64,000 nucleotides of DNA from Elusimicrobiaceae bacterium (GTDB lineage: Bacteria; Elusimicrobiota; Elusimicrobia; Elusimicrobiales; Elusimicrobiaceae): positions 6,474 to 70,473 of the forward strand of contig JAZRAH010000088.1 of assembly GCA_045634505.1 (NCBI GenBank), read 5' to 3'. Under the pieces are notes generated by a model that saw nothing but the letters and a program-made list of their open reading frames with translations, did not search any database and was not told the DNA's origin. The position numbers and the translations under genes are program-made. Position 1 is the first letter of the stretch. Each line of letters opens with the position of its first letter. Below, in pieces: positions 19,039-28,675 of the stretch.

Positions 19039-19710
19039 ATGAACCTTACAAACAACACCCGGCGGGGGAAAACGCAAATCAAACGGGTAGGTCAGGCTCG
19101 GCCTGACAATGCCCCTAGCAAGAAGCATCCCTCAGTTCTTATAATGGGAAAGGACACCCTATGTTGTCAGGTAAAACCTGACCTACATAGCAGGCGCGGC
19201 TTTACGCTTATTGAGCTACTGGTAGTGGTACTCATCATTGGTATTTTGGCGGCGGTGGCGGTGCCACAATACCAAAAAGCAGTAAAAAAAGCGCGCTTGG
19301 CCCAACTGGATGTTACCATCAATGCCCTTACCAAAGCTATTGATCTGTACGTACTGGAAAATGGATACCAGGAAGTGTCTTTGACGGGAAATTCCGGTAA
19401 TAGCTTGGATTTAGATGTGCTATCGTGTTCATCCACCACGAGCTCTTCTTGTACGAATGAATATGGCGAGTGGGAAATTTACTGTTTAAGTGAAACCTCT
19501 TGTATGATTGGCATATATGGTCCTTATGGTACCACTCCATTTGCCGATGAACTTTATTTTTATAAATACCAAAATCAACACAATCAACAATGGGTATTTT
19601 CTATTTTGGAAGGTGACGAAGATAACCTAAAATTATTGTGTCAGTGGGCTAAGGATAAGTTTATTTTCGACAGTGATGCCACAAGTGCCTGCGCGGCAGT
19701 AGGTGTTTAA
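19039..19710 (+). CDS. Type IV pilin-like protein 2 with 54-aa leader
   Basis: G|[28 protein letters not shown]; SD AGGAG at 19026; two GTAG-type palindromes in leader (19088, 19165). Confidence 0.9.
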   Translation: MNLTNNTRRGKTQIKRVGQARPDNAPSKKHPSVLIMGKDTLCCQVKPDLHSRRGFTLIELLVVVLIIGILAAVAVPQYQKAVKKARLAQLDVTINALTKAIDLYVLENGYQEVSLTGNSGNSLDLDVLSCSSTTSSSCTNEYGEWEIYCLSETSCMIGIYGPYGTTPFADELYFYKYQNQHNQQWVFSILEGDEDNLKLLCQWAKDKFIFDSDATSACAAVGV

Positions 19711-19730
19711 CCAGCTAGGCCCCCTTACAT

Positions 19731-19759
19731 AAAAACACCCCCAAATTGAGGGTGTTTTT
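19731..19759. terminator. Bidirectional terminator
   Basis: AAAAACACCC-loop-GGGTGTTTTT. Confidence 0.8.
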
Positions 19760-19773
19760 GTCTTTAAATTTTT

Positions 19774-20250
19774 TTACCTAGCGGCGGTGCGGAAGAAATT
19801 GCCTTTGACGTTTTTGGCCAGTTGCACTTTGCCGAGCGTCTTGCCGGCCTCTACTTGAATATCCTTGGCGTGGGCGGTAATTAGGCCGTCCACACTACCA
19901 AACACGTCGCCTTCTTTAATAATACCCAGCTGGCCGTGGTTGTTAATTTGTACTTCCAATTTTAATTCGTCGCTAACGCTTTCAGTGAGTAAATCTTCTT
20001 CCCCTAACGTAAAAGCAAGCGGGAATTTAGGGTTTACCACGCGCTTAATGGCAACGGGGACGTCCGCCTCGTTCTTTACAATAATCGCGCAGGAGTTGTT
20101 ATCGGCTTGTGCTAGTTGTAATAAACGCTCCGGCACGGTAACGGTGCCCGCTACGCTAAAACGGCCTTGTTGTTCGGGCAGGTGTTTACAATAATAATAC
20201 GCGCCGGCGGCGCAAAAAACAGCTATAAATAAAGCGAAAATCTTTTTCAT
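19774..20250 (-). CDS. Membrane-anchored protein resembling the CcmI/CycH C-terminal domain
   Basis: SVAGTVTV...VPVAIKRV..PKFPLAFTL...L.VQIN..G...EGD pattern recalled from CycH C-termini; start at MKKIF. Confidence 0.5.
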   Translation of the reverse strand: MKKIFALFIAVFCAAGAYYYCKHLPEQQGRFSVAGTVTVPERLLQLAQADNNSCAIIVKNEADVPVAIKRVVNPKFPLAFTLGEEDLLTESVSDELKLEVQINNHGQLGIIKEGDVFGSVDGLITAHAKDIQVEAGKTLGKVQLAKNVKGNFFRTAAR

Positions 20251-20329
20251 ACTTATATTGTACCCTAAAGCAAGTGAAGTTTGCAAGGGGGTTGAACTTA
20301 AAAGAAAATGCGTCACGTAGCGTAATTTC

Positions 20330-20445
20330 GTCAGGTAAAACCTGACCTACAACGACTGAAACAAGTTCAGCAGGACGATGGAAAAAGTGCAGGGTTCCCC
20401 CTCTCCTGTCCTGCGGACATCCTCCCCCTCTAGGGGGGAGGGGGA
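20330..20445. repeat. Cluster of REP-like half-elements
   Basis: GTCAGGTAAAACCTGACCTAC; CTGAAACAAGTTCAG; CCCCCTCTCC..GTCCTGCGGAC..CTCCCCCTCTAGGGGGGAG. Confidence 0.7.
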
Positions 20446-20532
20446 AATAAGATATAGAATCCCCGAGTCCTGCAGACGGCATAAAAGCCACCGGATGTGT
20501 CCCCGTAACATAAAATTTTTGCCGGCCGCAAC

Positions 20533-20681
20533 ATCACCGAGTAAAGTAGTCAGTAGGCTGATTTGTCAGATTTGAGGCAAATTGGAACCGTAAGTTGCCC
20601 GAAGCTGTACTGATAGGTACTGCGAGTGGCAAGTCGGTTTCAAGTTGCCCAAATGTGGCAAATGGTTGCCTGGAAAGCAAC
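20533..20681 (+). repeat. Rod-shaped structured repeat (family S), copy A
   Basis: ATCACCG-AG-TAAAGT...GATTTGTCAGATTTG...AGTTGCCC...GGCAAG...CCAAATGTGGCAAAT; homologous to 39279-39496 and 62351-62512. Confidence 0.7.
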
Positions 20682-20711
20682 GCACCCCAAAACTTTGTGT
20701 TTTGGGGTGCG
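20681..20711. terminator. Strong hairpin, probable terminator
   Basis: CGCACCCCAAAAC-loop-GTTTTGGGGTGCG. Confidence 0.6.
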
Positions 20712-20744
20712 TGCGTTAAAAAGTTACTTCACCGGGGTCGTTAA

Positions 20745-21212
20745 TTATTGCTTGAAGAAACCCCACAGGTTGGCATTATACACCCACCCCTTGCATACGC
20801 CGCCTTTCGGGTTTTCGGGTTCGTCTTTTACTTGAATCCATTTGCCTTTTTTGGCTAAGTATTTAAAGGGATATCCTTTTTCTACGGTGCAGACAATGTC
20901 CGAATTGGCAGAAGGGCTTTTGCGCACGTTTACGTCTAACTTAGCAGACATACCGCCTTCAGGGCTGAGTAACGGGGCGGAAATCCACCCTTGGTAGCCT
21001 TCAAAATCTTTTACAAGGACCCAGTCTTTGGTTTCATTGGTTTTAAGCATAATGACCGGGGTGTAGCGCCAAGCATACCATTTAATGGCACAATTAGTGC
21101 CGGCGCAAGAACGGATATTGGCGCGTTTGGCATTTACGCTAGCGTATTTTTGGGCCGTGGCCGGAATACTAACAAGTAAAACAAGCGCTACTAAAGCGAT
21201 CAGTTTTTTCAT
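20745..21212 (-). CDS. Secreted tandem bacterial SH3-domain protein
   Basis: Signal peptide; ANIRS..G, WVLVKDFEGYQGWI, VNVRKSP, GWVY. Confidence 0.8.
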   Translation of the reverse strand: MKKLIALVALVLLVSIPATAQKYASVNAKRANIRSCAGTNCAIKWYAWRYTPVIMLKTNETKDWVLVKDFEGYQGWISAPLLSPEGGMSAKLDVNVRKSPSANSDIVCTVEKGYPFKYLAKKGKWIQVKDEPENPKGGVCKGWVYNANLWGFFKQ

Positions 21213-21358
21213 ATTTCTCCTTACTGCGTAAGTTAAAATCTTATACACTCAGTATAGCAATACTGGACGGGCTTTTGCAAGTTTTTTTACAAAAAAGGGT
21301 AGTGGGCGCATAGGCGCTAAAAAAGATATAATATAAGAAATCGTTTTGAGAGGTATTT

Positions 21359-21583
21359 ATGAAAGAACAAGTAGAAAAAGTAATTAACGAAATCCGCCCG
21401 ATTTTACAATCCGACGGGGGAGATATTGAACTAGTGAGCGTGGACGAAAAAACCGGGATTGTAACCGTGGGTCTGCGTGGCCACTGCGGCAGCTGCCCCC
21501 ATGCGCAAATGACCTTGCAAGCCGTAGTAGAACGGCGCATCAAAGAAGTAGTTCCCGGCGTAACGGCGGTAGAACGCGTTTAA
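21359..21583 (+). CDS. NifU C-terminal domain (Nfu-type Fe-S carrier)
   Basis: IRPILQSDGGDIELV...GHCGSCP. Confidence 0.92.
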   Translation: MKEQVEKVINEIRPILQSDGGDIELVSVDEKTGIVTVGLRGHCGSCPHAQMTLQAVVERRIKEVVPGVTAVERV

Positions 21584-21584
21584 T

Positions 21585-22394
21585 ATGCCCACAGTGGACT
21601 TGCATACCCATTCTACTTTTTCGGACGGAACCTGGACGCCCGAAGAGGTGGTGCATGCTGCCTTAAAAAAAGGGGTGCAAGTATTAGCTCTTACGGACCA
21701 CGATACCACGGACGGTGTAGCGCGGGCGCAAGCGTTGGCACAGGCGCGCAATTTACGTTTTGTGACCGGGGTAGAAATTAGTACCAAGGACCACGACCAT
21801 CTGCACTTTACCGGGTATCATATAGACGTAACCAACACGGAGTTTCAGCAGTTTTTAGCCGCTAACCGCACCGCCCGGCAGGGGCGCATCAAACAAGTCA
21901 TTGCACAACTGCAAGCCGCGGGCGTAGATATTACCGAGCAGGACGTCTTTTCCCGCGCGGCCAATACCGTTTCACGCGCGCATGTGGCGGATGCCCTGCA
22001 AGCCAAAGGGTATGCCCATTCGCGCCAGGCGGCGTTTCGCAATTATTTATTAGAAGGGCAACCCGGCTATGTGCCCGCTATCGGCGTCAGTGCGGTGGAG
22101 GCTATTAAGCACATTAAAAGAGCCGGCGGACTGGCGGTAATTGCACACCCCGGGCTGGTAAGCGACCATTGGGACTTTCCGGCATGGGTAGAGGCCGGAC
22201 TAGACGGAATAGAAGTATATTATCCGGCACATAGTTTTGCCATGCGCCAGGAGCTGACGTACTTGGCGGACCGGTATGGGCTTTTGGTTACGGCCGGGTC
22301 CGACTTTCACGGCCCCCGTGGCGGAAAAACCGTTTCCCCCGGTATGCCACTACCTAAAAATCATTTTGACAGACTCCTTAGCAAATTGTTTTAA
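21585..22394 (+). CDS. PHP-domain phosphoesterase (TrpH/YciV-like)
   Basis: DLHTHSTFSDG, LTDHD, GVEIS, AHP, GSDFHG. Confidence 0.9.
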   Translation: MPTVDLHTHSTFSDGTWTPEEVVHAALKKGVQVLALTDHDTTDGVARAQALAQARNLRFVTGVEISTKDHDHLHFTGYHIDVTNTEFQQFLAANRTARQGRIKQVIAQLQAAGVDITEQDVFSRAANTVSRAHVADALQAKGYAHSRQAAFRNYLLEGQPGYVPAIGVSAVEAIKHIKRAGGLAVIAHPGLVSDHWDFPAWVEAGLDGIEVYYPAHSFAMRQELTYLADRYGLLVTAGSDFHGPRGGKTVSPGMPLPKNHFDRLLSKLF

Positions 22395-22410
22395 CGAATG
22401 ATGCAAACTG

Positions 22411-22438
22411 AAAAGAGCCCCAAACGGGGCTCTTTTTT
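22411..22438. terminator. Bidirectional terminator
   Basis: AAAAGAGCCCC-loop-GGGGCTCTTTTTT. Confidence 0.85.
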
Positions 22439-22449
22439 GATGAACAAAA

Positions 22450-25400
22450 TTAGTGGGCCGTAGCTTCGGCGGCCGGGGGAACATCCCCGCCCCGGTGGAA
22501 GAAACGGTGTAATCTGGCTTTGAGTTGTTTCCAACCGTATTTGGCTCCTTGTACCATGCTGGAGTTAGCAAGCATGCCAGGGGTCAACGCAACGCTGGCG
22601 GCTAAGGCGGCCCCGGCAATGGCAATATCTAAAGAAGCAATCCCCGTTTGGGACACAGTTTCGCGTAATAGAGCGGCCGGGATAGCCGCGGCGGGCATGG
22701 TGTAAGTAATTAAGAGGGCAATTTCGCGCTTATATTTGGGATGTAAACCTACCATATATTCATACATTTGCGAGAAGAAGTTGCTGATACCAAAACATGC
22801 AATAATGGCCCCCGTCGCTAACATCCCTACATTGCTGCCGGCTAAGGTCATCATTGCGGGCCCCGCTACAGAGGCTAAAGAGGACACGGCATACATGCTC
22901 CCGCCGCTCATGCGTTGGCTTAAGACGTTGCCTACAATACGCCACCCAAACATACAACCATATAAGAGTAACCCTACAATCCCGGTGGCGACTGTGCCGT
23001 TGCCTACCAGTTCGCGCATGGCAAAGGCTAAGCCGTTGGAAAGCCCTAATTCGCCCAGGGTGGCCAGTGTCATAGCTCCTAGCGCGGCGGGTAACCCGGC
23101 CATTACCATCACATCTTTTAATTTAACATTACGGTTGCCTAGTTTATCAAACGCTTGTTGCAACGCCTCGCGCGCCGCTAAGGCTTGCTGTGGCGTGTAA
23201 TTTTGGGAGAGAGCAAGCATATTTTCTAATTCTTCCCCTACTTCTTGTTCGTGCTTGGCTGTTAAAGTGTTAATGGTGGTTTTGGTCTTACGCGCTTCTA
23301 CCGGGGTTAAGGCGTCAATAGCGGACTTGATTTTTTTAGCGGCTTGAATAATAACGGGATGATCGGCAGAAATTTCAGCAGGGTTTGTTTTGTGGATTTC
23401 CAACGTAGCGGCTTGGGCCACATCTTGCAAATTGTTTTGCAGTACCGTTTGATTGAGTGGGAACGCATCTTTATAACGGGTTTTCATCACTTGGCGTAGA
23501 GTGTACAAACTGTAAATGGAGTACGGAACGTAACTGGCAGAAAAGTCCAACCCCAGGTCATACCCCAAGGATTTGCCGGCAATATTGGCTAGCCAAGGGA
23601 AAGACAAGAATAGCATGGTCCCTAAGTTTTTAAACATAGCTCCGCGTTGGTAGAACACAATGTCGCGCAGGGATTTGTTGGATTTTTTAGTGAGCACTTC
23701 ATAGCCGCGCTTTAAGAAGAACTTAGCATTGTACGTTGGCGGTACGACGTTGGCTCCTTGAACTGCCTCTTCCTTTTGGAAAGAGTTCGTTTGCGGTACA
23801 ATGCCGCGGTTAGCACTCATCAGTAGGTTTTGTACAAAACGGGTAATGTTGGTGCCCAGTGCAATTAGGACACTGGAGGTTAAAAACCCGGCTAGTTGCC
23901 AGTTTCCCATGACACCGGCCCCGATATGCCCATATAGACCACTGGCCAGTGCAATCAATCCGCCAGCAGTAAACATAGAGGCCCCCACCCGGAAAACAGC
24001 GGCTTCCCCGTATTGTTTGAGAAACGGGTGGACGAACCCCATCATAGCGGGCAGCACGTTGTTAATCCCTAACATAATAGCACTGGAGGTGGTTTCCCCT
24101 AAGGTGGACAGGTCATTTAAAACAGGGGCTAAGGTTTTACCTAATCCAATTTGCAAGCTAGGGACTAAGTAAGTAAGAGGAACCATTTTTTCGGAGGTGG
24201 AAAAGACGCCCAATTTAAACGGTTTTTGCGGGTACATAGCTAAAATTTGCGTCCAGTATTTACTTTCCGTTTTGGGCAGGCGAACAAAAGCGTTGGTGAG
24301 TTCGCTTATTTCCCCTTCTCCGTTGCGGAAATAGAGAGAGCCGTTGTAGGACCAGATGTGCCCTTTTTCGGGGTCTTTAATGCCGCTAAGCAGGCTGCTA
24401 TCTACTTCGGCCATGATGACGGGCGGTTCTTGTAAATTGGTGTCATATACGGGCAGTGTAACGGATTTTTTAGGAGAGCTAGTACGTTGGATTTTAATGC
24501 GCATGGGGCGGGCTAAGTTAAGCTGACGGGCCCCGGCTAAGAGGGTGTTTAATTCCCCGTTCAACGTGCAGAGTGTAAAGTAAAAGTGGTCGGGACGTTT
24601 GGCGGGGACGGTTAAATTGCGCAGTTCAAAAATGTGGTTTTTATCTAAGGCTAAGCGGTTATATTCGGAGGAGAAGTTTTTGAGCGTATTGCTGACGGTT
24701 AAATCTACGTTGCGCAAAATGTGTTCTGTATTATCTTCCCCTACTAGCGTTAGTTTAAAACCGTCTGCGCCGACGGAAACTTCTTGCACTTCATCTACAC
24801 CTAGCAAGTCCCCGCCTACAACGGCTTTGGAAGGGATTTCTACTTCGGCAAATACAGGGCGGACGTTGCTTTCGTGTAGGCCGGCTTCTTCAACGGGGCT
24901 TTCATTAGGGACGCGTTGGTGGAGTTTTCGCCGGGCCCAAGTCCCAAAGCGTTCCAATGCGTCAGTAACTACAAAAACGGGAATGCCGCTATACAATACC
25001 CCGCTACGCGTGGCGGTAGGTTTTGCCGTTTGCGCCGACGGTTGGGGAACTGCTTGTGCAACGGTGGTGGGGGCTGTTTGTAATGTAGGAGCCGCGGGAA
25101 GTTGCGGCTTATTAGGAGCACTGAGCGTGAGCCATTGTTCGGTGGCTTGGACGGACGGATCGGCGTGTAAGTGGTTGGGGGCAAACGTTTTCTTTAAGAA
25201 GTTGGCAAGTTGCTTATCCGCTGGGGTGGGTTCCAGTTGTGCATAAGCTGGGGGCACCGTAAGGGGGAGATGTTGCTTGGCAATATAGGCGGTAACCCCG
25301 GACAAGGCATTTTTAGGTTCCAGTTCGCTAAGCCATTTTTCTAACGCTTGGTAGGCTTGCATGCGCAGTAGCCCGCGTGCCGTAATAAGGGCGGCGGTAT

Positions 25401-25986
25401 CTTCAAACAAGGTACCTTGGGCTTGTTTGTAAAAATGTAAGAGGATGGGGGCGTTTTCTTGGGTGCCGACTATACCTAAGGCGGAGGCATCAGCAAGTGT
25501 ATATTGTACGGAAAGTACGGCGGGATGAGAGGGGTTTTGGGCGGCAAAAGAGAGGAAAGCGGGTAAATCCGTTTGGGCAACTTGCAAGGCTTTTTGGGTA
25601 TGTTTTAAATGGGACGCATATGCTTGGGCGGCTTGGGTACGTTGGGCAGGGGTAACAGTACCGGCAATTAAAGAGAGGGAGACAAAATCACTCCGTAAAA
25701 TAGGGGCGCGCAAGTCAGCAGGTTTATTTAAAATTTCAGTGGCCAAACCTTGGGTATTGCCCATAACAATACGGGCAGAAACCGTGGAGGGCACCGCAGC
25801 GGCTTGGGCCAAAACACGGCGGTTTAAATTTTGGTTTAGTTTAGTAAGCGCTCGCTTATCGGCCAAGGTAGTAGTTTTGCGTAGGCCTTTTATAACGCCG
25901 CGGCCGGCTTTGATTTGCGCCATAGCCGGAGTGATACTACTTACCAAGATGCTTATGCTCAGCACGAGCGATAGTAGCTTATGCAT
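22450..25986 (-). CDS. 1178-aa protein: signal peptide, large soluble N-terminal region, C-terminal 6+6 TM MFS-like domain
   Basis: Twelve hydrophobic segments in two groups separated by a long loop; WRIVGNVLSQRM resembles an MFS loop motif. Confidence 0.6.
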   Translation of the reverse strand: MHKLLSLVLSISILVSSITPAMAQIKAGRGVIKGLRKTTTLADKRALTKLNQNLNRRVLAQAAAVPSTVSARIVMGNTQGLATEILNKPADLRAPILRSDFVSLSLIAGTVTPAQRTQAAQAYASHLKHTQKALQVAQTDLPAFLSFAAQNPSHPAVLSVQYTLADASALGIVGTQENAPILLHFYKQAQGTLFEDTAALITARGLLRMQAYQALEKWLSELEPKNALSGVTAYIAKQHLPLTVPPAYAQLEPTPADKQLANFLKKTFAPNHLHADPSVQATEQWLTLSAPNKPQLPAAPTLQTAPTTVAQAVPQPSAQTAKPTATRSGVLYSGIPVFVVTDALERFGTWARRKLHQRVPNESPVEEAGLHESNVRPVFAEVEIPSKAVVGGDLLGVDEVQEVSVGADGFKLTLVGEDNTEHILRNVDLTVSNTLKNFSSEYNRLALDKNHIFELRNLTVPAKRPDHFYFTLCTLNGELNTLLAGARQLNLARPMRIKIQRTSSPKKSVTLPVYDTNLQEPPVIMAEVDSSLLSGIKDPEKGHIWSYNGSLYFRNGEGEISELTNAFVRLPKTESKYWTQILAMYPQKPFKLGVFSTSEKMVPLTYLVPSLQIGLGKTLAPVLNDLSTLGETTSSAIMLGINNVLPAMMGFVHPFLKQYGEAAVFRVGASMFTAGGLIALASGLYGHIGAGVMGNWQLAGFLTSSVLIALGTNITRFVQNLLMSANRGIVPQTNSFQKEEAVQGANVVPPTYNAKFFLKRGYEVLTKKSNKSLRDIVFYQRGAMFKNLGTMLFLSFPWLANIAGKSLGYDLGLDFSASYVPYSIYSLYTLRQVMKTRYKDAFPLNQTVLQNNLQDVAQAATLEIHKTNPAEISADHPVIIQAAKKIKSAIDALTPVEARKTKTTINTLTAKHEQEVGEELENMLALSQNYTPQQALAAREALQQAFDKLGNRNVKLKDVMVMAGLPAALGAMTLATLGELGLSNGLAFAMRELVGNGTVATGIVGLLLYGCMFGWRIVGNVLSQRMSGGSMYAVSSLASVAGPAMMTLAGSNVGMLATGAIIACFGISNFFSQMYEYMVGLHPKYKREIALLITYTMPAAAIPAALLRETVSQTGIASLDIAIAGAALAASVALTPGMLANSSMVQGAKYGWKQLKARLHRFFHRGGDVPPAAEATAH

Positions 25987-26397
25987 AGATGGTTTGCCCT
26001 CTCTTATATATAGTATTGCATGTTAAGTGCCCAAAAAACAGGGCCAAAAGTCCTAGTTGTAAGTATCTTTTGGCCCTATATAACACATCAAATTGTTTAA
26101 CGCATTGCAAGTATATGGAATAAGTAGTAATTTGTTTGTTTCTAAAAGGATTTAAAAAGTGTGAAAGGAAAATGGAAAAAAGGGAACTGACCCGCGGCGT
26201 TTGAGGATGCTTTCGCCGGGCGATGTACAAACACGCAAATTGGGTGGTGTTGCACTGGTACATAACAATTTAACCTTCTCCACTTATATATTAGGAAATT
26301 TGGAGCGCGCGCGCAAGGGAAAAAGGACCTATATTTAAACATAGGTCTTTTGGGTAAAATACTGGTTTTTTACACCTAGTTTTACTATACTATAGAT

Positions 26398-26630
26398 ACA
26401 ATTTAATCTGTTTTTGGAAGCCGAAAGGCACCGTTGCCAAGGGCAACAATTATCACTCCAGAAACAACCCAATCGGGTGCAAGGGAAACGGACTAATTAC
26501 CCGTTTATCTTGCGCCAAATGTTTTCCGTTTTGCGGAGAGCTGCGGCTGTTTGTGTTTCATGGGTGTGATAATTCATGGGGCTATGCAGCCGTTGTTTTA
26601 TGGGTGCGTTTTCCAAACGGACAAATTGAA
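26398..26630 (+). ncRNA. Structured pilin-leader element, copy 3
   Basis: TATACT 26386-26391 + 6 nt; barcode AATTATCAC (26448-26456)/GTGATAATT (26566-26574); ends TTCCAAACGGACAAATTGAA. Confidence 0.85.
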
Positions 26631-26654
26631 TTAAATGAATAGTGAGGAAAACGT

Positions 26655-27308
26655 ATGAATCACAAAAACACCCGGCGGGGTAATACGCAACAAGTAATAA
26701 ATAAAAATTGTCATTCCAAATTTAATTTGGAATCTCACCACTTTTTACTGCCTAAGGTGAGATCCCGTATCAAGTACGGGATGACGGGCTTATTAAATAA
26801 CGGCGGGTTTACCCTCATTGAGCTATTAGTAGTGGTGTTGATTATTGCTATTTTGGCGGCGGTGGCACTGCCGCAGTATCAAATGGCTGTACTGAAGAGC
26901 CGGGCCGCACAAATGATACCGCTAGTGCGTAGTCTGTCTGTGGCACAAGAAACCTATTATTTAGCCAATGGACAATATGCAGAGACTTTTGATGAATTAG
27001 ATGTGTCTTTGCCTGGCAAAACAAATCAATCTTGTGTTTATCTGCGTCATGGGGACTGTGTGGTTTTGAAAAATGGGTGGGAAATCAATTTCACAGGGGA
27101 TACTCACAAGGGGGGCGTAGAGGCATATTTACCAGACAGCGGTTTTAAAATTACGTCATACTGGTTAAATACAGATGATGATATAGACAGAATTGGCCTA
27201 TACGGGAATATAACTTGTGTCGTATTTCCTGGATTAAACGAACAAGGGAAACGGATATGTTCCAACTTGGGAAGGCCAACCTCTAATGAAAGATTTTTTA
27301 AACTGTAA
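26655..27308 (+). CDS. Type IV pilin-like protein 3 with 51-aa leader
   Basis: G|[28 protein letters not shown]; REP doublet 26709-26786 in leader. Confidence 0.9.
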   Translation: MNHKNTRRGNTQQVINKNCHSKFNLESHHFLLPKVRSRIKYGMTGLLNNGGFTLIELLVVVLIIAILAAVALPQYQMAVLKSRAAQMIPLVRSLSVAQETYYLANGQYAETFDELDVSLPGKTNQSCVYLRHGDCVVLKNGWEINFTGDTHKGGVEAYLPDSGFKITSYWLNTDDDIDRIGLYGNITCVVFPGLNEQGKRICSNLGRPTSNERFFKL

Positions 27309-27335
27309 AAAGCGCACCTAATGGGTAAAAAGCTA

Positions 27336-28583
27336 TTAGTTTAATTCCTCATATAGTGGGAATTTTTCCAAAAACTTTTTCACTTGCGCGGCAATACCCG
27401 CTAAATAAGCATCATCCTCATAGTGGGTAAGTGCATCATCAATAAATGCGGCTACTTGGGCCATGTCCGCCTCTTTCATCCCACGCGTGGTAATCGCCGG
27501 CGTGCCAATGCGTAACCCGCTAGTGACAAACGGTTTTTCCGGGTCAAAGGGAATCGTGTTTTTGTTAGCCGTAATACCGGCTTTATCCAGGGCGGCTTCG
27601 GCCACTTTGCCCGTCATATGTTTGCTGCGTAAATCTACGCACATTACGTGGCAATCCGTGCCGCCCGCTACCAAGCGGTATCCACGGTTTTTAAGTTCTT
27701 GCGCCAAGGCTTGTGCGTTGACTTTAATTTGATGTTGGTACGTTTTAAACTGCGGCTTTAATGCTTCGCCAAAACAAACGGCTTTGGCGGCAATCACGTG
27801 CATTAACGGGCCCCCTTGTGCGCCGGGGAACACGGCCGAGTTAATGGCTTTGGCTAAACTTTCTTTGCATAAAATTAAGCCGCCGCGCGGGCCGCGTAAC
27901 GTTTTGTGGGTCGTGGTGGTAACTACGTCGGCATAGGGCACGGGGCTAGGGTATTCCCCTGCCGCTACTAAACCCGCGTAATGGGCAATATCACACGCCA
28001 AATACGCGCCGCAACTATCGGCAATTTCGCGCAGTTTCTTCCAATCAAAAATGCGGGAATAGTTGGACGCACCCGCCAAAATGAGTTTGGGCTGATGTTC
28101 TTTAGCCAGTTTGGCGGCTTCTTCGTAATCTATTTCCTCGGTATCGGGGCGGACGTTCATGGCAATCATGTTATAGAGTTTGCCGGAAAAATTTAAGGGG
28201 TGTCCGTGCGTTAAGTGTCCGCCGTGGGATAGGTTCAACCCCAGTACGGTGTCGCCGGGTTTTAAGAGCGCAAAATACACAGCCATATTGGCTTGTGCGC
28301 CGGAGTGAGGCTGCACGTTGGCGTGCTCGGCCCCAAAAAGTTTTTTGGCGCGCTCAATGGCTAAGGTTTCCACTTGATCCACAAATTCGCACCCGCCGTA
28401 GTAGCGTTTGCCGGGGTAGCCCTCGGCATATTTGTTGGTTAGTACAGAGCCTTGCGCTTGCATAACAGCTAGCGACGTAAAATTTTCGGAGGCAATCAGT
28501 TCCAGTTTTTCGCGTTGGCGTTGTAATTCTTTGGAAACGGCGGCAAAAACTTCCGGGTCGGTTTGTTGCAAATTAGGATACAT
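27336..28583 (-). CDS. glyA: Serine hydroxymethyltransferase
   Basis: [38 protein letters not shown]. Confidence 0.98.
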   Translation of the reverse strand: MYPNLQQTDPEVFAAVSKELQRQREKLELIASENFTSLAVMQAQGSVLTNKYAEGYPGKRYYGGCEFVDQVETLAIERAKKLFGAEHANVQPHSGAQANMAVYFALLKPGDTVLGLNLSHGGHLTHGHPLNFSGKLYNMIAMNVRPDTEEIDYEEAAKLAKEHQPKLILAGASNYSRIFDWKKLREIADSCGAYLACDIAHYAGLVAAGEYPSPVPYADVVTTTTHKTLRGPRGGLILCKESLAKAINSAVFPGAQGGPLMHVIAAKAVCFGEALKPQFKTYQHQIKVNAQALAQELKNRGYRLVAGGTDCHVMCVDLRSKHMTGKVAEAALDKAGITANKNTIPFDPEKPFVTSGLRIGTPAITTRGMKEADMAQVAAFIDDALTHYEDDAYLAGIAAQVKKFLEKFPLYEELN

Positions 28584-28675
28584 AAAAACCTCCAAAATTT
28601 TTATTTAATTTTATGTGATTATTTCATATAATTTACTAAATAGCAGTACAAAAAATCCAGTATGAGGTGTAAAAA

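Noticed and set aside
18743-26314. (CG)5 runs at 18743 and 26305 upstream of pilin promoters 2 and 3
   Set aside because: Only 2 of 9 cassettes, at different spacing; the genome is generally CGCG-rich.
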